From: Rhodospirillales bacterium
GTDB taxonomy: Bacteria; Pseudomonadota; Alphaproteobacteria; Acetobacterales; Acetobacteraceae
Reading direction: 5' to 3'
Length of the DNA stretch: 64,000 bases
Assembly: GCA_947458025.1 (NCBI GenBank)
Contig: CANHCJ010000002.1
Location: 6,455-70,454 of the forward strand
Shown: piece by piece, positions 20,571 through 30,365 of the stretch
How the letters are laid out: the number at the start of each line of letters is the position of its first letter
Position numbering within the stretch: the first letter of the stretch is position 1
Position numbers and translations under genes: made by a program
The notes under the pieces: generated by a model
What the model saw: the letters and a program-made list of their open reading frames with translations, nothing else
What the model was told of the DNA's origin: nothing
Databases searched by the model: none

Positions 20571-22742
20571 ATGTCCGCTCACCTGCCGATCACCGGCTAT
20601 CTCGACCGCTTCTCCCATCGCCCCGGCGAAACCTTCACCGCGCATGTCGGCCTGCGCTCCCCGGCCCACGCGCGCGCGCGCCTCGTCCGCGTCATAAGCG
20701 GCGACCCCAACCCGGCCGGCCCCGGACTGCGCTTTGAGGATCTGTCGGCGGTTTTTGCTACGGAGTTCGCCGGCATCCACCAACCCGTTGCGCTGGGCTC
20801 GCATGCCATCATCGACCACGCCCCGGCCCGCGATCCGGCCCAGGCCTGCACATGGACCGCCCTCATCATGGCCGGCCTGCCCCATGAAACCCGAACGGTC
20901 CTGTCGGAAGCCGACACGGCCGCGCAGGTCACACTCCGGGCGGGCGCCATCGGCGTCGAGGCCGAGCTTGCCTGGCCCGGCGGCAGCCTCAAGCTTCGCA
21001 CCGACACCCATCTGCGCCCCCGCACCTGGTACCGCATCTGGCTCTCCGCCGATCCGGCCTCGGGTGTCGTCACGCTCGGCCAGACCGACACCACGGGCGC
21101 AGCCGCCACCGCGCGCGCCGAAGCCCGCGGCCTGCGACTGCCCTCAGGCGGTACGCTGCTCTTTGCCGCCGAGAACGCGGCCTCCCCCTCTGGCCATTTC
21201 ACCGGCAAGATCGAGGAACCCGCCCTGCTTGCCGGCACACGCTCCTCATGGCCCGATGCCCTGGCCCGCACCGATCTTCCGGTGATCGGCCTGTGGGATT
21301 TCGGCCTTGCCATCGACAGCCAGACCATCGTCGACACCGGGCGCCAGAACCGCCACGGCCGCCTGGTCAACGCCCCCACCCGCGCGGTGGTCGGCGCCCG
21401 CTGGAGCGGCACGGAGCATTGCTGGCGCCACGCGCCGCAGGATTATGCCGCTATCCATTTCCACGACGGCGACATCGACGACTGCCGCTGGCAGCCGAGC
21501 TTCACCTTCACGGTGCCCGAGACCCTGAAGTCCGGCGCCTACGCGCTCCACATCACCTGCACTGAGGGCGAAGACTGGCTTCCCCTCTACGTCCTGCCCA
21601 AGCGCGAAGGCCCCCACGCCCCGATTGCCTTCCTCGCCTCCACGTTCACCTACCAGGCCTACGCCAACCACGCCCGGGGCAATGCCGACGCCGACTACAT
21701 GTCCCGCACGAAAGACTGGGGCGCCTACCCCAACAACGCCGACCACTGGCCTCTCTACGGCCGCTCCACCTACAACAAGCACGCCGACGGCAGCGGTATC
21801 TCCCTCTCGTCCCGCCTGCGCCCCATCCTCACAATCCGCCCAGGCTACCTCACCTTCAACGACCCAATGGGCTCGGGCCTGCGCCACTACCCGGCCGACA
21901 CCCACCTGCTCGCCTGGCTCACCGACAAGGGCCTCGACTTCGACGTCGTCACCGACGAGGACCTCGATGACGAGGGCCTCCCGCTTATCGCCCCCTACAA
22001 GACTGTCCTCACCGGCTCCCACCCCGAGTACCACACCCAGGGCACGCTGGACGCCCTCTCCGCCTACACCCACAGCGGCGGCAAGCTCGCCTATCTCGGT
22101 GGCAACGGCTTCTACTGGCGCATCGCCCGCGACAAGGCCCGCCCGCACATGATCGAGATCCGCCGCGCCGAAGGCGGCATCCGTGCCTGGGCCGCCGAAC
22201 CCGGCGAATACTACCACGCCATCGACGGCCAGATGGGCGGCCTCTGGCGCCGCAACCGCCGTCCGCCCCAGCAGCTCGCCGGCGTCGGCTTCTCCGGCCA
22301 GGGCAAGTTCGAGGGCACCTACTACCGCCGCCTCCCCGCCTCCTACGAAGGCGAGCTGTCCTGGGTCTTCGCCGGCATCAACGAGGAGATCGTCGGCGAT
22401 TACGGCCTCTCCGGTGGCGGCGCCGCGGGCTTCGAGCTCGACCGCGCCGACCCCATGCTGGGCACGCCCGAGAACGCCGTCATCCTGGCCCGCTCGGAGG
22501 ATCCGCCCAAATCCTTCGTCACCGTCCACGAGGAACTCCTCGGCGCCTCCAACACCATCAGCGGCGAGAACGCGCCTGACCTGATGCGCGGCGAAATCGT
22601 CTATTTCGACACCCCCTCGGGCGGCGCCGTCTTCTCCGTCGGTTCCATTACCTTCTGCGGGTCCCTCTGGCGCGATGGCCGCTTTGATGGTCCAGTGTCG
22701 CGCCTGCTGGAGAACGTGGTCCGCCGCTTCGCTGGCAGCTGA
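20571..22742 (+). CDS. N,N-dimethylformamidase large (beta) subunit family amidase homologue
   Basis: ATG 20571 follows GGAGAAGAG. The N-terminus ITGYLDRFSHRPGETF...LVRVISGDPNPAGPG and the central DDCRWQPSFTFTVPETLKSGAYAL...STFTYQAYANH match my recollection of DmfA2. No small-subunit ORF is adjacent. Confidence 0.7.
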   Translation: MSAHLPITGYLDRFSHRPGETFTAHVGLRSPAHARARLVRVISGDPNPAGPGLRFEDLSAVFATEFAGIHQPVALGSHAIIDHAPARDPAQACTWTALIMAGLPHETRTVLSEADTAAQVTLRAGAIGVEAELAWPGGSLKLRTDTHLRPRTWYRIWLSADPASGVVTLGQTDTTGAAATARAEARGLRLPSGGTLLFAAENAASPSGHFTGKIEEPALLAGTRSSWPDALARTDLPVIGLWDFGLAIDSQTIVDTGRQNRHGRLVNAPTRAVVGARWSGTEHCWRHAPQDYAAIHFHDGDIDDCRWQPSFTFTVPETLKSGAYALHITCTEGEDWLPLYVLPKREGPHAPIAFLASTFTYQAYANHARGNADADYMSRTKDWGAYPNNADHWPLYGRSTYNKHADGSGISLSSRLRPILTIRPGYLTFNDPMGSGLRHYPADTHLLAWLTDKGLDFDVVTDEDLDDEGLPLIAPYKTVLTGSHPEYHTQGTLDALSAYTHSGGKLAYLGGNGFYWRIARDKARPHMIEIRRAEGGIRAWAAEPGEYYHAIDGQMGGLWRRNRRPPQQLAGVGFSGQGKFEGTYYRRLPASYEGELSWVFAGINEEIVGDYGLSGGGAAGFELDRADPMLGTPENAVILARSEDPPKSFVTVHEELLGASNTISGENAPDLMRGEIVYFDTPSGGAVFSVGSITFCGSLWRDGRFDGPVSRLLENVVRRFAGS

Positions 22743-22755
22743 GCCAGGGGAGAGA

Positions 22756-23817
22756 ATGGCGATGATGGTTCCGCACACGAAGCTGCACGATATCGCCCTG
22801 CAGCTTCTGCGCGCCGGCGGCAGCAGCCAAGCGGAAGCCCAGACGGTCGCCGACCATCTCATCGGCGCCAACCTCGCCGGCCACGACAGCCACGGCGTGG
22901 TGATGCTCTCGCCCTACGTGAAGTCGCTGAAATCCGGCAACCTCAAGCCGGACCACAAGCCGACCATCGTCAGCGAGAGTGGCCCCTTTGCCGTTTGGGA
23001 TGGCAAGTACTGCTACGGTCAAACGGTCGCGCGCCAAGCCATGCAATGGTGCATCGACACCGCCAAAACGCATGGCGTTGCCATCCACGGCCTGCGCAAC
23101 GTGCACCACATCGGCCGTGTCGGCACCTATGGCGAGATGGCCGCCGCAGCCGGCCTCGTCTCCATCTCCTTCGTCAACGGCTACAGCGGAAAGCCGCGCG
23201 TCGCCCCCTTCCGCGGCAAGCACGGCCGCTACACCACCAATCCCATCTGCATCGCCGTCCCCGGCACCTCCTCCACGCCACCGGTCATTCTCGACTTCGC
23301 GACCTCGGTCATCGCCCTCGGCAAGGTGCGCGTCGCCTACAACGACAGGCGGCAGGTTGTCCCAGGCGCCCTGATCGACTCCGAGGGTCGCCCGACCACT
23401 AATCCAGGCGTCATGTACGAGGAGCCGATCGGCGCCGCCCTGCCGTTCGGCGACCACAAGGGCTCCGGCCTCGCCCTGATATGCGACCTATTGGCAGGCG
23501 CCGTCGCCGGCGCCGGCGTCATGCCCGGCGAAACCCCGCCGGACCACGGCATCGTCAACGGCTGGCTCACCTTCGTTCTCGACCCTGCCCGCCTCGCCGC
23601 CATGCCCTTCGTGCAGGCTGAGATCGACAAGATGGTCGCCTTCGTGAAGTCCTCCCCGCCGATCGACCCGGCCCTGCCCGTCCTGGTCGCCGGCGAGCCG
23701 GAGCGCATCGCCCGCGCCACGCGCAGCGACCAAGGCGTCTACATCGACAACGAAACCTGGGCTCAACTCGTCGAGGCCGGCCAGTCCCTGGGCGTCAACA
23801 TCGATATCGGAGCCTGA
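22756..23817 (+). CDS. Ldh2 family (malate/L-lactate/ureidoglycolate dehydrogenase-type) NAD(P)H oxidoreductase
   Basis: The N-terminal ...VADHLIGANLAGHDSHGV... motif and ~350 aa length fit the family. It starts 13 nt after the upstream gene. Confidence 0.75.
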   Translation: MAMMVPHTKLHDIALQLLRAGGSSQAEAQTVADHLIGANLAGHDSHGVVMLSPYVKSLKSGNLKPDHKPTIVSESGPFAVWDGKYCYGQTVARQAMQWCIDTAKTHGVAIHGLRNVHHIGRVGTYGEMAAAAGLVSISFVNGYSGKPRVAPFRGKHGRYTTNPICIAVPGTSSTPPVILDFATSVIALGKVRVAYNDRRQVVPGALIDSEGRPTTNPGVMYEEPIGAALPFGDHKGSGLALICDLLAGAVAGAGVMPGETPPDHGIVNGWLTFVLDPARLAAMPFVQAEIDKMVAFVKSSPPIDPALPVLVAGEPERIARATRSDQGVYIDNETWAQLVEAGQSLGVNIDIGA

Positions 23818-23825
23818 ACGCCCCC

Positions 23826-24851
23826 ATGTACGACCCCATCGCCCGCCGCCGCGTTGGCCGCACCTCGCTCCACGTCTCCCAGTTCGGCTTCGGCACAGCC
23901 CCGCTGGCCGGGTTCCGCACCACCATCCCGGAACAGGACGCCATCGCCACCATCGACGCCGCCTACCAGGCCGGCGTCCGCCTGTTCGATTCCTCCCCCT
24001 ACTATGGCTACGGCCGTGCAGAACTGCGCATGGGCGCCGCCCTGCGCGATCGCCCGCGCGACGACCTTGTCGTCTCAACGAAGATCGGCCGCTGGATGAC
24101 CCCGGTCCCGCGCGGCAGCGCCATCGACGGCATGCGCAAGGGCGGCCTCAACCACTACCCGACCTTCGACTACAGCTACGACGGCGTGCACCGCTCGCTC
24201 GAACAGTCCCTGCTGCGCACCGGGCTCGACCGCGTTGACATTCTTCTCGTCCACGACGTCGACTTCTGGACCACCCAGGACCGGATTGTGCTGGAGGATC
24301 GCTTCCGCCAGGTCATGGACGGTGCCCACCGCGCGCTGGTGGACCTTCGCAGCCAAGGCGTCATCGGTGCCATTGGCGTCGGCCTCAATGAGGCCGACAT
24401 GTCGGCCCGCTTCGTCCGCGCTGGCGATTTCGACTGCGTCCTGCTCGCCGGCCGCTACACCCTGCTGGAGCAGAAGGCGCTCGACGACTTCATGCCCCTC
24501 TGCGAGAAGCGCAACGTCAGCGTCATCATCGGCGGCCCACTCAATTCCGGCGTGCTTGCCACGGGCGCGCGCCAGGGCGCCAAATACGACTACAACGACG
24601 CGCCCACCTGGGTCTTAAACCGAGTGGCCCGCATCGAGGAAGTCTGCCACCGCTACGGCGTCCCACTTGCCGCGGCCGCACTGCAGTTCCCGCTCGCCCA
24701 CCCCGCCGTCGCCGCCATCATCCCGGGCGCGGTGTCGAAGGACGAAATGTTGGGCAACTTCGCCCTCATGCGCCACTCCATCCCCGGCGCCATGTGGGAC
24801 GAGTTGCGGACCCTGCGCCTGCTGGACCCCCGAGCACCCATCCCCGCCTGA
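23826..24851 (+). CDS. Aldo/keto reductase
   Basis: FGFGTAPL, FDSSPYYGYG and LLVHD motifs. 341 aa. Confidence 0.8.
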   Translation: MYDPIARRRVGRTSLHVSQFGFGTAPLAGFRTTIPEQDAIATIDAAYQAGVRLFDSSPYYGYGRAELRMGAALRDRPRDDLVVSTKIGRWMTPVPRGSAIDGMRKGGLNHYPTFDYSYDGVHRSLEQSLLRTGLDRVDILLVHDVDFWTTQDRIVLEDRFRQVMDGAHRALVDLRSQGVIGAIGVGLNEADMSARFVRAGDFDCVLLAGRYTLLEQKALDDFMPLCEKRNVSVIIGGPLNSGVLATGARQGAKYDYNDAPTWVLNRVARIEEVCHRYGVPLAAAALQFPLAHPAVAAIIPGAVSKDEMLGNFALMRHSIPGAMWDELRTLRLLDPRAPIPA

Positions 24852-24854
24852 CCG

Positions 24855-26036
24855 ATGTCCGACCTGCTCAACCCTCCACCTGCGCCCACCCCTTCGGATC
24901 ACGGCCAGTTGGCCCTGGAGGCCCACGCCCGCGGCGACCTCGCCACCGCGATGCGTGCCCAGCAATCACACATCGTGGCCCGCACCCAGGCCGCACAGGC
25001 CGCACCCGAAGACTACCTGCTCTTGGCCCTGCTCTTCTTCCAGGACGGAAAGATCCCCGACTCCCTGACGGTGATCGACGACGCGCTGCGACTCTTCCCC
25101 GACGCCCCCAGCCTGCACGAAAATCGCGGCGTGCTGCTGCTGTCCCTTGGCGACAATGGGGGCGCCATGCAGGCCTGCCTGCGCGCTCTCGAGTGCGGCA
25201 GCAACAGCCCCAACACCCACGACTGCCTCGCCGACGCCGCCGGCCGTACCGGTCGCCTGGATCTCGCCGTGCAATACGGTCGGGCCGCCCTGGAGGCGAA
25301 GGACCGGATGTTCTCGAGCTACCCGGTCCTGGCGACCATGCCGACCGACCCGCCACCGCCCTTCAATCCGCACAATCGTGCGGAGAACGTCATTTCCTAC
25401 TCCCTATGGGGTGAGAACGATCGCTACTTCGCGCCACTCGCGGAGAACCTGAAGCTGCTGAACCACCTCTTCCCCGCATGGTCGGTTCGCGTCCATCTCG
25501 ACACTTCGGTCCCGCAGGCCTTCCGCAACGACCTCCAGCGCATGGGAGCCCAACTCGTCCAGTTCGAGTTGCCGCCGAACATGCCCGGTCACCGCCGCCT
25601 GCTCTGGCGCTTCGCCGTCCTTGGCGACCCATCGATCCGCCGCTACCTGATCCGCGACGCCGATTCCCTTCTCACCGTGAAGGAACGCGTGGCCGTCGAT
25701 GCCTGGCTGGCATCGCAATACCACTTCCACATCATGCGCGACTTCTACACCCACACCGACCTCATCCTGGCCGGCATGTGGGGCGGCGTCGGCGGCATCC
25801 TTCCGAACGTCGACACGCTGTTCAACAATCGCCGCGGCTGGCGCACCGAAGGCAATCACATCGACCAGGACCTGCTGTCCGAAACGGTCTGGCCCGCCAT
25901 CCGCGGCCGCGCCCTCATCCACGACAGCGTCTTCATGGGCTGCCTGGGCAGCGTTCCGTTTCCGCCTTACGGCGACCTGCCCCCCGGCCATCACATCGGC
26001 CAGAACGCCTTCATGCTCTTCGCGCGCACCGGCTGA
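24855..26036 (+). CDS. TPR-repeat protein with uncharacterised C-terminal domain (possible glycosyltransferase-like, RDADS)
   Basis: The N-terminal ~150 aa are TPR-like helices. The C-terminal part reads ISYSLWGENDRYF...YLIRDADS...AGMWGG. It starts 3 nt after the AKR stop. Confidence 0.5.
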   Translation: MSDLLNPPPAPTPSDHGQLALEAHARGDLATAMRAQQSHIVARTQAAQAAPEDYLLLALLFFQDGKIPDSLTVIDDALRLFPDAPSLHENRGVLLLSLGDNGGAMQACLRALECGSNSPNTHDCLADAAGRTGRLDLAVQYGRAALEAKDRMFSSYPVLATMPTDPPPPFNPHNRAENVISYSLWGENDRYFAPLAENLKLLNHLFPAWSVRVHLDTSVPQAFRNDLQRMGAQLVQFELPPNMPGHRRLLWRFAVLGDPSIRRYLIRDADSLLTVKERVAVDAWLASQYHFHIMRDFYTHTDLILAGMWGGVGGILPNVDTLFNNRRGWRTEGNHIDQDLLSETVWPAIRGRALIHDSVFMGCLGSVPFPPYGDLPPGHHIGQNAFMLFARTG

Positions 26037-26037
26037 T

Positions 26038-27438
26038 TCACGCCGTGCGGGCAGGCGCCTTTCCAGCCCCGATATCCCACCACAGCCCTGCCATCAGCCC
26101 CAACCCCTCGCGCAGCAACGAGCCGAGACCATGCTCGTCCGGCCCGTGCTGGTGGCACCCGGCGTAGGAGTGGGGAATCCAGATCACCGGCGTCCCCAAT
26201 TCCTCCTTGAAGATCTGCGACGGGTTCGAGCCCGAGGAGTTGGGGATCACGTTCGGCGCCCGCCCCGCCGTCGTTGCCAAGGACGCGACCACGGCCTTCA
26301 CCCAGGGCTCATCAGGGTCGGTCCGCGAGGCAGGGAACGCATCGCGCTCCAGCACCGGCTGCACCTGCACCTGGCCGAAACCCTGCGCCGCCAGGTGCGC
26401 CCGCAATGCCGGGATGATCCGCGCCGCATCGATATCCACCGTATGGCGCACCTGCAGCCGCGCCCGTGCCGTCCCTGCCACCGCATTCACGGGCGCATCG
26501 GGCGAGCCGGTCAGGCTCGCCAGCACGATCACGCTGGTCCAGGCAAAGATCCGCTCCGCCTTGCTCATCCCCGGCTCGCCCCAGGCAGGATCGGCTTCCG
26601 GCAACCCCGGCATGTCCTCGAACACGATGTCCGCGCAGGCTTGGCGAACCGAATTCGGTACCTGCTTCGGCAGCCACTCCGGCACCAGGATGCGCCCGCG
26701 CGGCGAGACGATCGTCGCCAACGCATGCGACAGGATGAAGCCCGGGTCTGCCAGAACGCCACCCCAGTGCCCGGAATGATGGCTCCCGTCGCGCAGGTCG
26801 CACACCAAGTCGAAGGCCACCCCGCCCCGTGCGCCCAGCTTCACCTCCGGCATGAACGTGGTCTGCCGCGGTCCGTCAAGCCCGATGAACACATCCGCCG
26901 CGCAAAGCCCGCGATGCTGCGCCAGGAACGCACGGATGCCTGGCGAGCCCACTTCCTCGCCCGTCTCCACCAGAACCTTGGCGTTGAAACCCAGCCGCCC
27001 CCGCGCCGCCAGCACGGCCCGCAACGCCTCGATCGCAATCAGGTGCTGGCCCTTGTTGTCCACCACCCCGCGCCCGTACACCTTGTCCCCCTCCACGGTG
27101 ACAAGCCAGGGATCGAGCCCCTTCCTCCACCGCTGCGGCTCGCCACGCACCACGTCGCCATGTCCGTACACCAGCACAGTCGGCAGCCCGGGATCCTCGA
27201 TGCGGCTGCCCAGCAGCACCGGCCCACGCCCCTCGTCGGGGTTGTCCAGCACTACAGTCTCGAACCCGATATCCCGCACCATCGGTCCCAGAATGTCATC
27301 GCAGTAGCGACGCAGCTCACCCAACCGACCCGGCATCTGGCTCTCAGTTGGCACCGCCACAAGCGCCCGCAACCGGTCAAGGTAGTCACCGCCATCCCAG
27401 ATCGCGTGGGCGGCGGTGATCGCCTCCGCCCGACTCAC
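26038..27438 (-). CDS. M20 family metallopeptidase (dipeptidase/ArgE-DapE-like)
   Basis: YGHGDVV, GRGVVDNKG and ETGEEVGSPG motifs. The GTG start overlaps the upstream stop (GTGA). Confidence 0.8.
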   Translation of the reverse strand: MSRAEAITAAHAIWDGGDYLDRLRALVAVPTESQMPGRLGELRRYCDDILGPMVRDIGFETVVLDNPDEGRGPVLLGSRIEDPGLPTVLVYGHGDVVRGEPQRWRKGLDPWLVTVEGDKVYGRGVVDNKGQHLIAIEALRAVLAARGRLGFNAKVLVETGEEVGSPGIRAFLAQHRGLCAADVFIGLDGPRQTTFMPEVKLGARGGVAFDLVCDLRDGSHHSGHWGGVLADPGFILSHALATIVSPRGRILVPEWLPKQVPNSVRQACADIVFEDMPGLPEADPAWGEPGMSKAERIFAWTSVIVLASLTGSPDAPVNAVAGTARARLQVRHTVDIDAARIIPALRAHLAAQGFGQVQVQPVLERDAFPASRTDPDEPWVKAVVASLATTAGRAPNVIPNSSGSNPSQIFKEELGTPVIWIPHSYAGCHQHGPDEHGLGSLLREGLGLMAGLWWDIGAGKAPARTA

Positions 27439-28577
27439 GACAAGTCCTCGAACAGCCCCAGCATCAGCAGCGCCCGCGGCACCAGGGACGATACATAAAG
27501 CTGCTCGTAGTCCGTATGCCCGCCCTTTCCATCCACCCCCAGCCCATCCAACGTCGGCGCGATCGCCGCGGTGAAGTTGCCGTCGCTGCCGCCGCCCGTC
27601 TTGAGGTCCTTCAACTCGAACCCGATTCCCGCCGCGATCCGCCTCGCCTGCTGGAACAGCGCCTCGATCTCCGGCCCCTTCTCATAGCCGGGGCGGTTCA
27701 ACCCGCCGCTCACCGTGATTGTCACATCGGGGTCATAGGCCCGGATCGCCAACACCTTCGCCAAAGCCGCATCCCCGACGGTGGGGTTTGGCACCCGCAT
27801 GTCGATCTCGGCATAGGCTTCCTCGGCCACCACGTTCGCGCGCGTGCCCCCCGAAACAACCCCCACGTTCACCGTCACACCCAGCGCGTAGTCGGTCATC
27901 GCCTCTAGATCGAGGATCTGCCGTGCCAGCTCCTTGATCGCGCTGCGGCCATCCTCATGCCGTGCCCCGGAATGCGCCGGCTTCCCCTTGATGCGAAGCT
28001 CGAACCGCGCCGTCCCCTTGCGCGCCGTCACGATCCGCCCACCTTCGCGCGCCGGCTCCGTCACCAGCACGAACTTCGCCCGCCGCGCCTCGCGCTCGAT
28101 GATCTCGCGGCTGGTCGGGCTGCCAACCTCCTCCTCCGACACGAACAGATGCCGGATCGGCAGCGCGGTCTCGCGCCCCATCCGCGCCAACTGCCGCATC
28201 GCCGCAAAGGCGAGATGCGCACCGCCCTTCATGTCGTAGATGCCAGGGCCATAGGCCACGTCGCCCTCCACCCGGAACGGCAGCTTGGTGGCCAGCGTCC
28301 CGACATCATGCACCGTGTCGAGATGGCTCAGCACCAGGATCCCCGGCCCATCGCCACCCCAAGGCGACGTCACCAGCAGGTGGTCGCCGAACCCGTCCCG
28401 GCCAGGAATGCGCTCCAGCCGCGCCCCGATGCCGGCGTAATCAGCCTGCACCTTGTCCACCATCCGGTTCACCGCCGCGGCGTCCGTCGTCGGGCTTTCG
28501 ATCTCCACCCATTCGCGGATTCCAGCCAGGATCTCACTGGAATCCAGCACAGGTTGGTTGGAGGAAGTCTCGCTCAT
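27435..28577 (-). CDS. M20 family metallopeptidase (carboxypeptidase G2-like)
   Basis: SHLDTV, GPGIYDMKGG and SEEEVGSP motifs. 380 aa. Confidence 0.8.
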   Translation of the reverse strand: MSETSSNQPVLDSSEILAGIREWVEIESPTTDAAAVNRMVDKVQADYAGIGARLERIPGRDGFGDHLLVTSPWGGDGPGILVLSHLDTVHDVGTLATKLPFRVEGDVAYGPGIYDMKGGAHLAFAAMRQLARMGRETALPIRHLFVSEEEVGSPTSREIIEREARRAKFVLVTEPAREGGRIVTARKGTARFELRIKGKPAHSGARHEDGRSAIKELARQILDLEAMTDYALGVTVNVGVVSGGTRANVVAEEAYAEIDMRVPNPTVGDAALAKVLAIRAYDPDVTITVSGGLNRPGYEKGPEIEALFQQARRIAAGIGFELKDLKTGGGSDGNFTAAIAPTLDGLGVDGKGGHTDYEQLYVSSLVPRALLMLGLFEDLS

Positions 28578-28676
28578 GTCAGGCTCCGTCGAACGTAGGG
28601 CCCGACCCTAGGACCACCTCTGGCGGCTCGCAATCACCGGCATTACCCTCCATCGTTGCCGAAGGAGCAGGCCTTG

Positions 28677-30365
28677 ATGACCGACCATCCCCTCGTCGCA
28701 CTCGCTGCAGACGTCTCCGGCACCCATCTGATGGATCACTGCCGAGCGCTCGCCCAATGGGTGAAGCTCTCCGGCACCAAGGAGGAGGCAGAGAGCCTCC
28801 GCTACATCCGTGCCCGGCTCGACGAGTACGGCTACCGCACCCGCGTCATCCTTCACGACGCCTACATCAGCCTGCCCGGCGAGGCACGCGTGGAGGTAGA
28901 CGGTACCAGCCTGCCCGCCATCACCCACGCCATGGGCCGCCCCTCCCCGACCGGCGGCCTCACCGCAGACATGGTCTATGTCGGATCAGCCACCACCGCC
29001 GACTTCGCCGGAAAGGACGTTCACGGCAAGATCATCCTGGCGGACGGAATCGCAACCCCGCAGGTCGCCGCCCTGGCCCGCGACGCCGGCGCCGTGGGCC
29101 AGCTGCACATCAGCCCGCACCACCACCTCCACGAAATGTGCATCTCGCCTGTCTGGGGCAGCCCCGACCCCACGACGTTCTCACAGCTCCCCGCCACCGT
29201 CGCCTGCACCATCTCCAACGCCGATGGCAGCCCCATCCGCCAACGCCTCGCTACGGGCGAAACGCCCCGCGTGACCCTCCACGCCAATGTCGACACCGGC
29301 TGGCGCAAAACCCCAATCCTGGAAGCCGAACTCGCCGCTCCCGGCGCCACCGACGATACACCCTTCATCCTGTTCAGCGGTCACCACGACACCTGGTACT
29401 ACGGCGTCATGGACAATGGTGGTGCAAACGCCACCATGCTGGAGGTGGCGCGCCTGGTCGCCACCCGGCAGGGCGGCTGGAAGCGCGGACTGCGTCTCTG
29501 CTTCTGGTCCGGCCACAGCCACGGCCGCTACTCCGGCTCGGCCTGGTACGCCGACAACCATTGGGACGAGTTGGACCGTCGCTGCGCCGCGCATGTCAAC
29601 GTCGATTCAACCGGCGCGATCGGCGCGACGCTCCTGGAAGACGCTGCCGCCATGGCTCCGCTCGTGGCACTCGCCCGCGAGGCCATCACCGAGCAGACCG
29701 GCCAGCCCTACAAGGGCAAGCGCAAGAACCGATCCAGCGACGAATCCCTCCCCGCCCTCGGCGTGCCCTCGATGTTCGGCACCCTGTCGGAGCAACCGCC
29801 CTCACCCCTCAAGATGCGGAACGCCCTCGGCTGGTGGTGGCACACGCCCGAAGATCTGCTGGACAAGATCGACGAAGCGAACCTCACGCGGGATACCAAG
29901 GTTTTCGTGCACGTCGTCGCGAGGCTCCTCTCCGACACCGTCCTCCCGCTCGACATTCCCGCCCATGTCGAAACCCTGCAGCGGGAACTCACGGATCTCG
30001 CCCCTAGGCTCGCCGGCCGCTTCGATCTCGCGCCGCTCCAATCAGCCAGCGAGACCGTGCTCGCCCTGGCCGTTCGCCTCCCCGGCTCCGGGGCCGCCAG
30101 CAACCCCGCCAGGCTCAACGCCAGCCTCATGGCCTTGACCCGTATCCTCGTGCCGATCGACTACGCTACATCTGACCGGTTCAACCACGATCCCGCCCTC
30201 CCGATCCCCGACTGGGCCATCCTCCAGCCCCTCCGCGACCTCGCTGGCATTGAGTCTGGTTCCGACGCGGCCTACCTGCACATGGTCAGCGCCCGCCGCG
30301 CCGCCAACCACTTGGCCCATGCGCTCCGTTCCGCCTCCTCCCTGCTCGAGGATGTCCTCGCATGA
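28677..30365 (+). CDS. M28 family peptidase with PA (protease-associated) domain, no signal peptide
   Basis: ATG 28677 lies 10 nt after AAGGAG. FSGHHDTWYYGVMDNGG and CFWSGHSHGRYSGS motifs are present. Confidence 0.7.
   Translation: MTDHPLVALAADVSGTHLMDHCRALAQWVKLSGTKEEAESLRYIRARLDEYGYRTRVILHDAYISLPGEARVEVDGTSLPAITHAMGRPSPTGGLTADMVYVGSATTADFAGKDVHGKIILADGIATPQVAALARDAGAVGQLHISPHHHLHEMCISPVWGSPDPTTFSQLPATVACTISNADGSPIRQRLATGETPRVTLHANVDTGWRKTPILEAELAAPGATDDTPFILFSGHHDTWYYGVMDNGGANATMLEVARLVATRQGGWKRGLRLCFWSGHSHGRYSGSAWYADNHWDELDRRCAAHVNVDSTGAIGATLLEDAAAMAPLVALAREAITEQTGQPYKGKRKNRSSDESLPALGVPSMFGTLSEQPPSPLKMRNALGWWWHTPEDLLDKIDEANLTRDTKVFVHVVARLLSDTVLPLDIPAHVETLQRELTDLAPRLAGRFDLAPLQSASETVLALAVRLPGSGAASNPARLNASLMALTRILVPIDYATSDRFNHDPALPIPDWAILQPLRDLAGIESGSDAAYLHMVSARRAANHLAHALRSASSLLEDVLA

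Noticed and set aside
25699-27498. 599-aa plus-strand ORF
   Set aside because: It is antisense to the M20 peptidase gene (26038-27438), which has clear metallopeptidase motifs. The ORF is R/H/P-rich.
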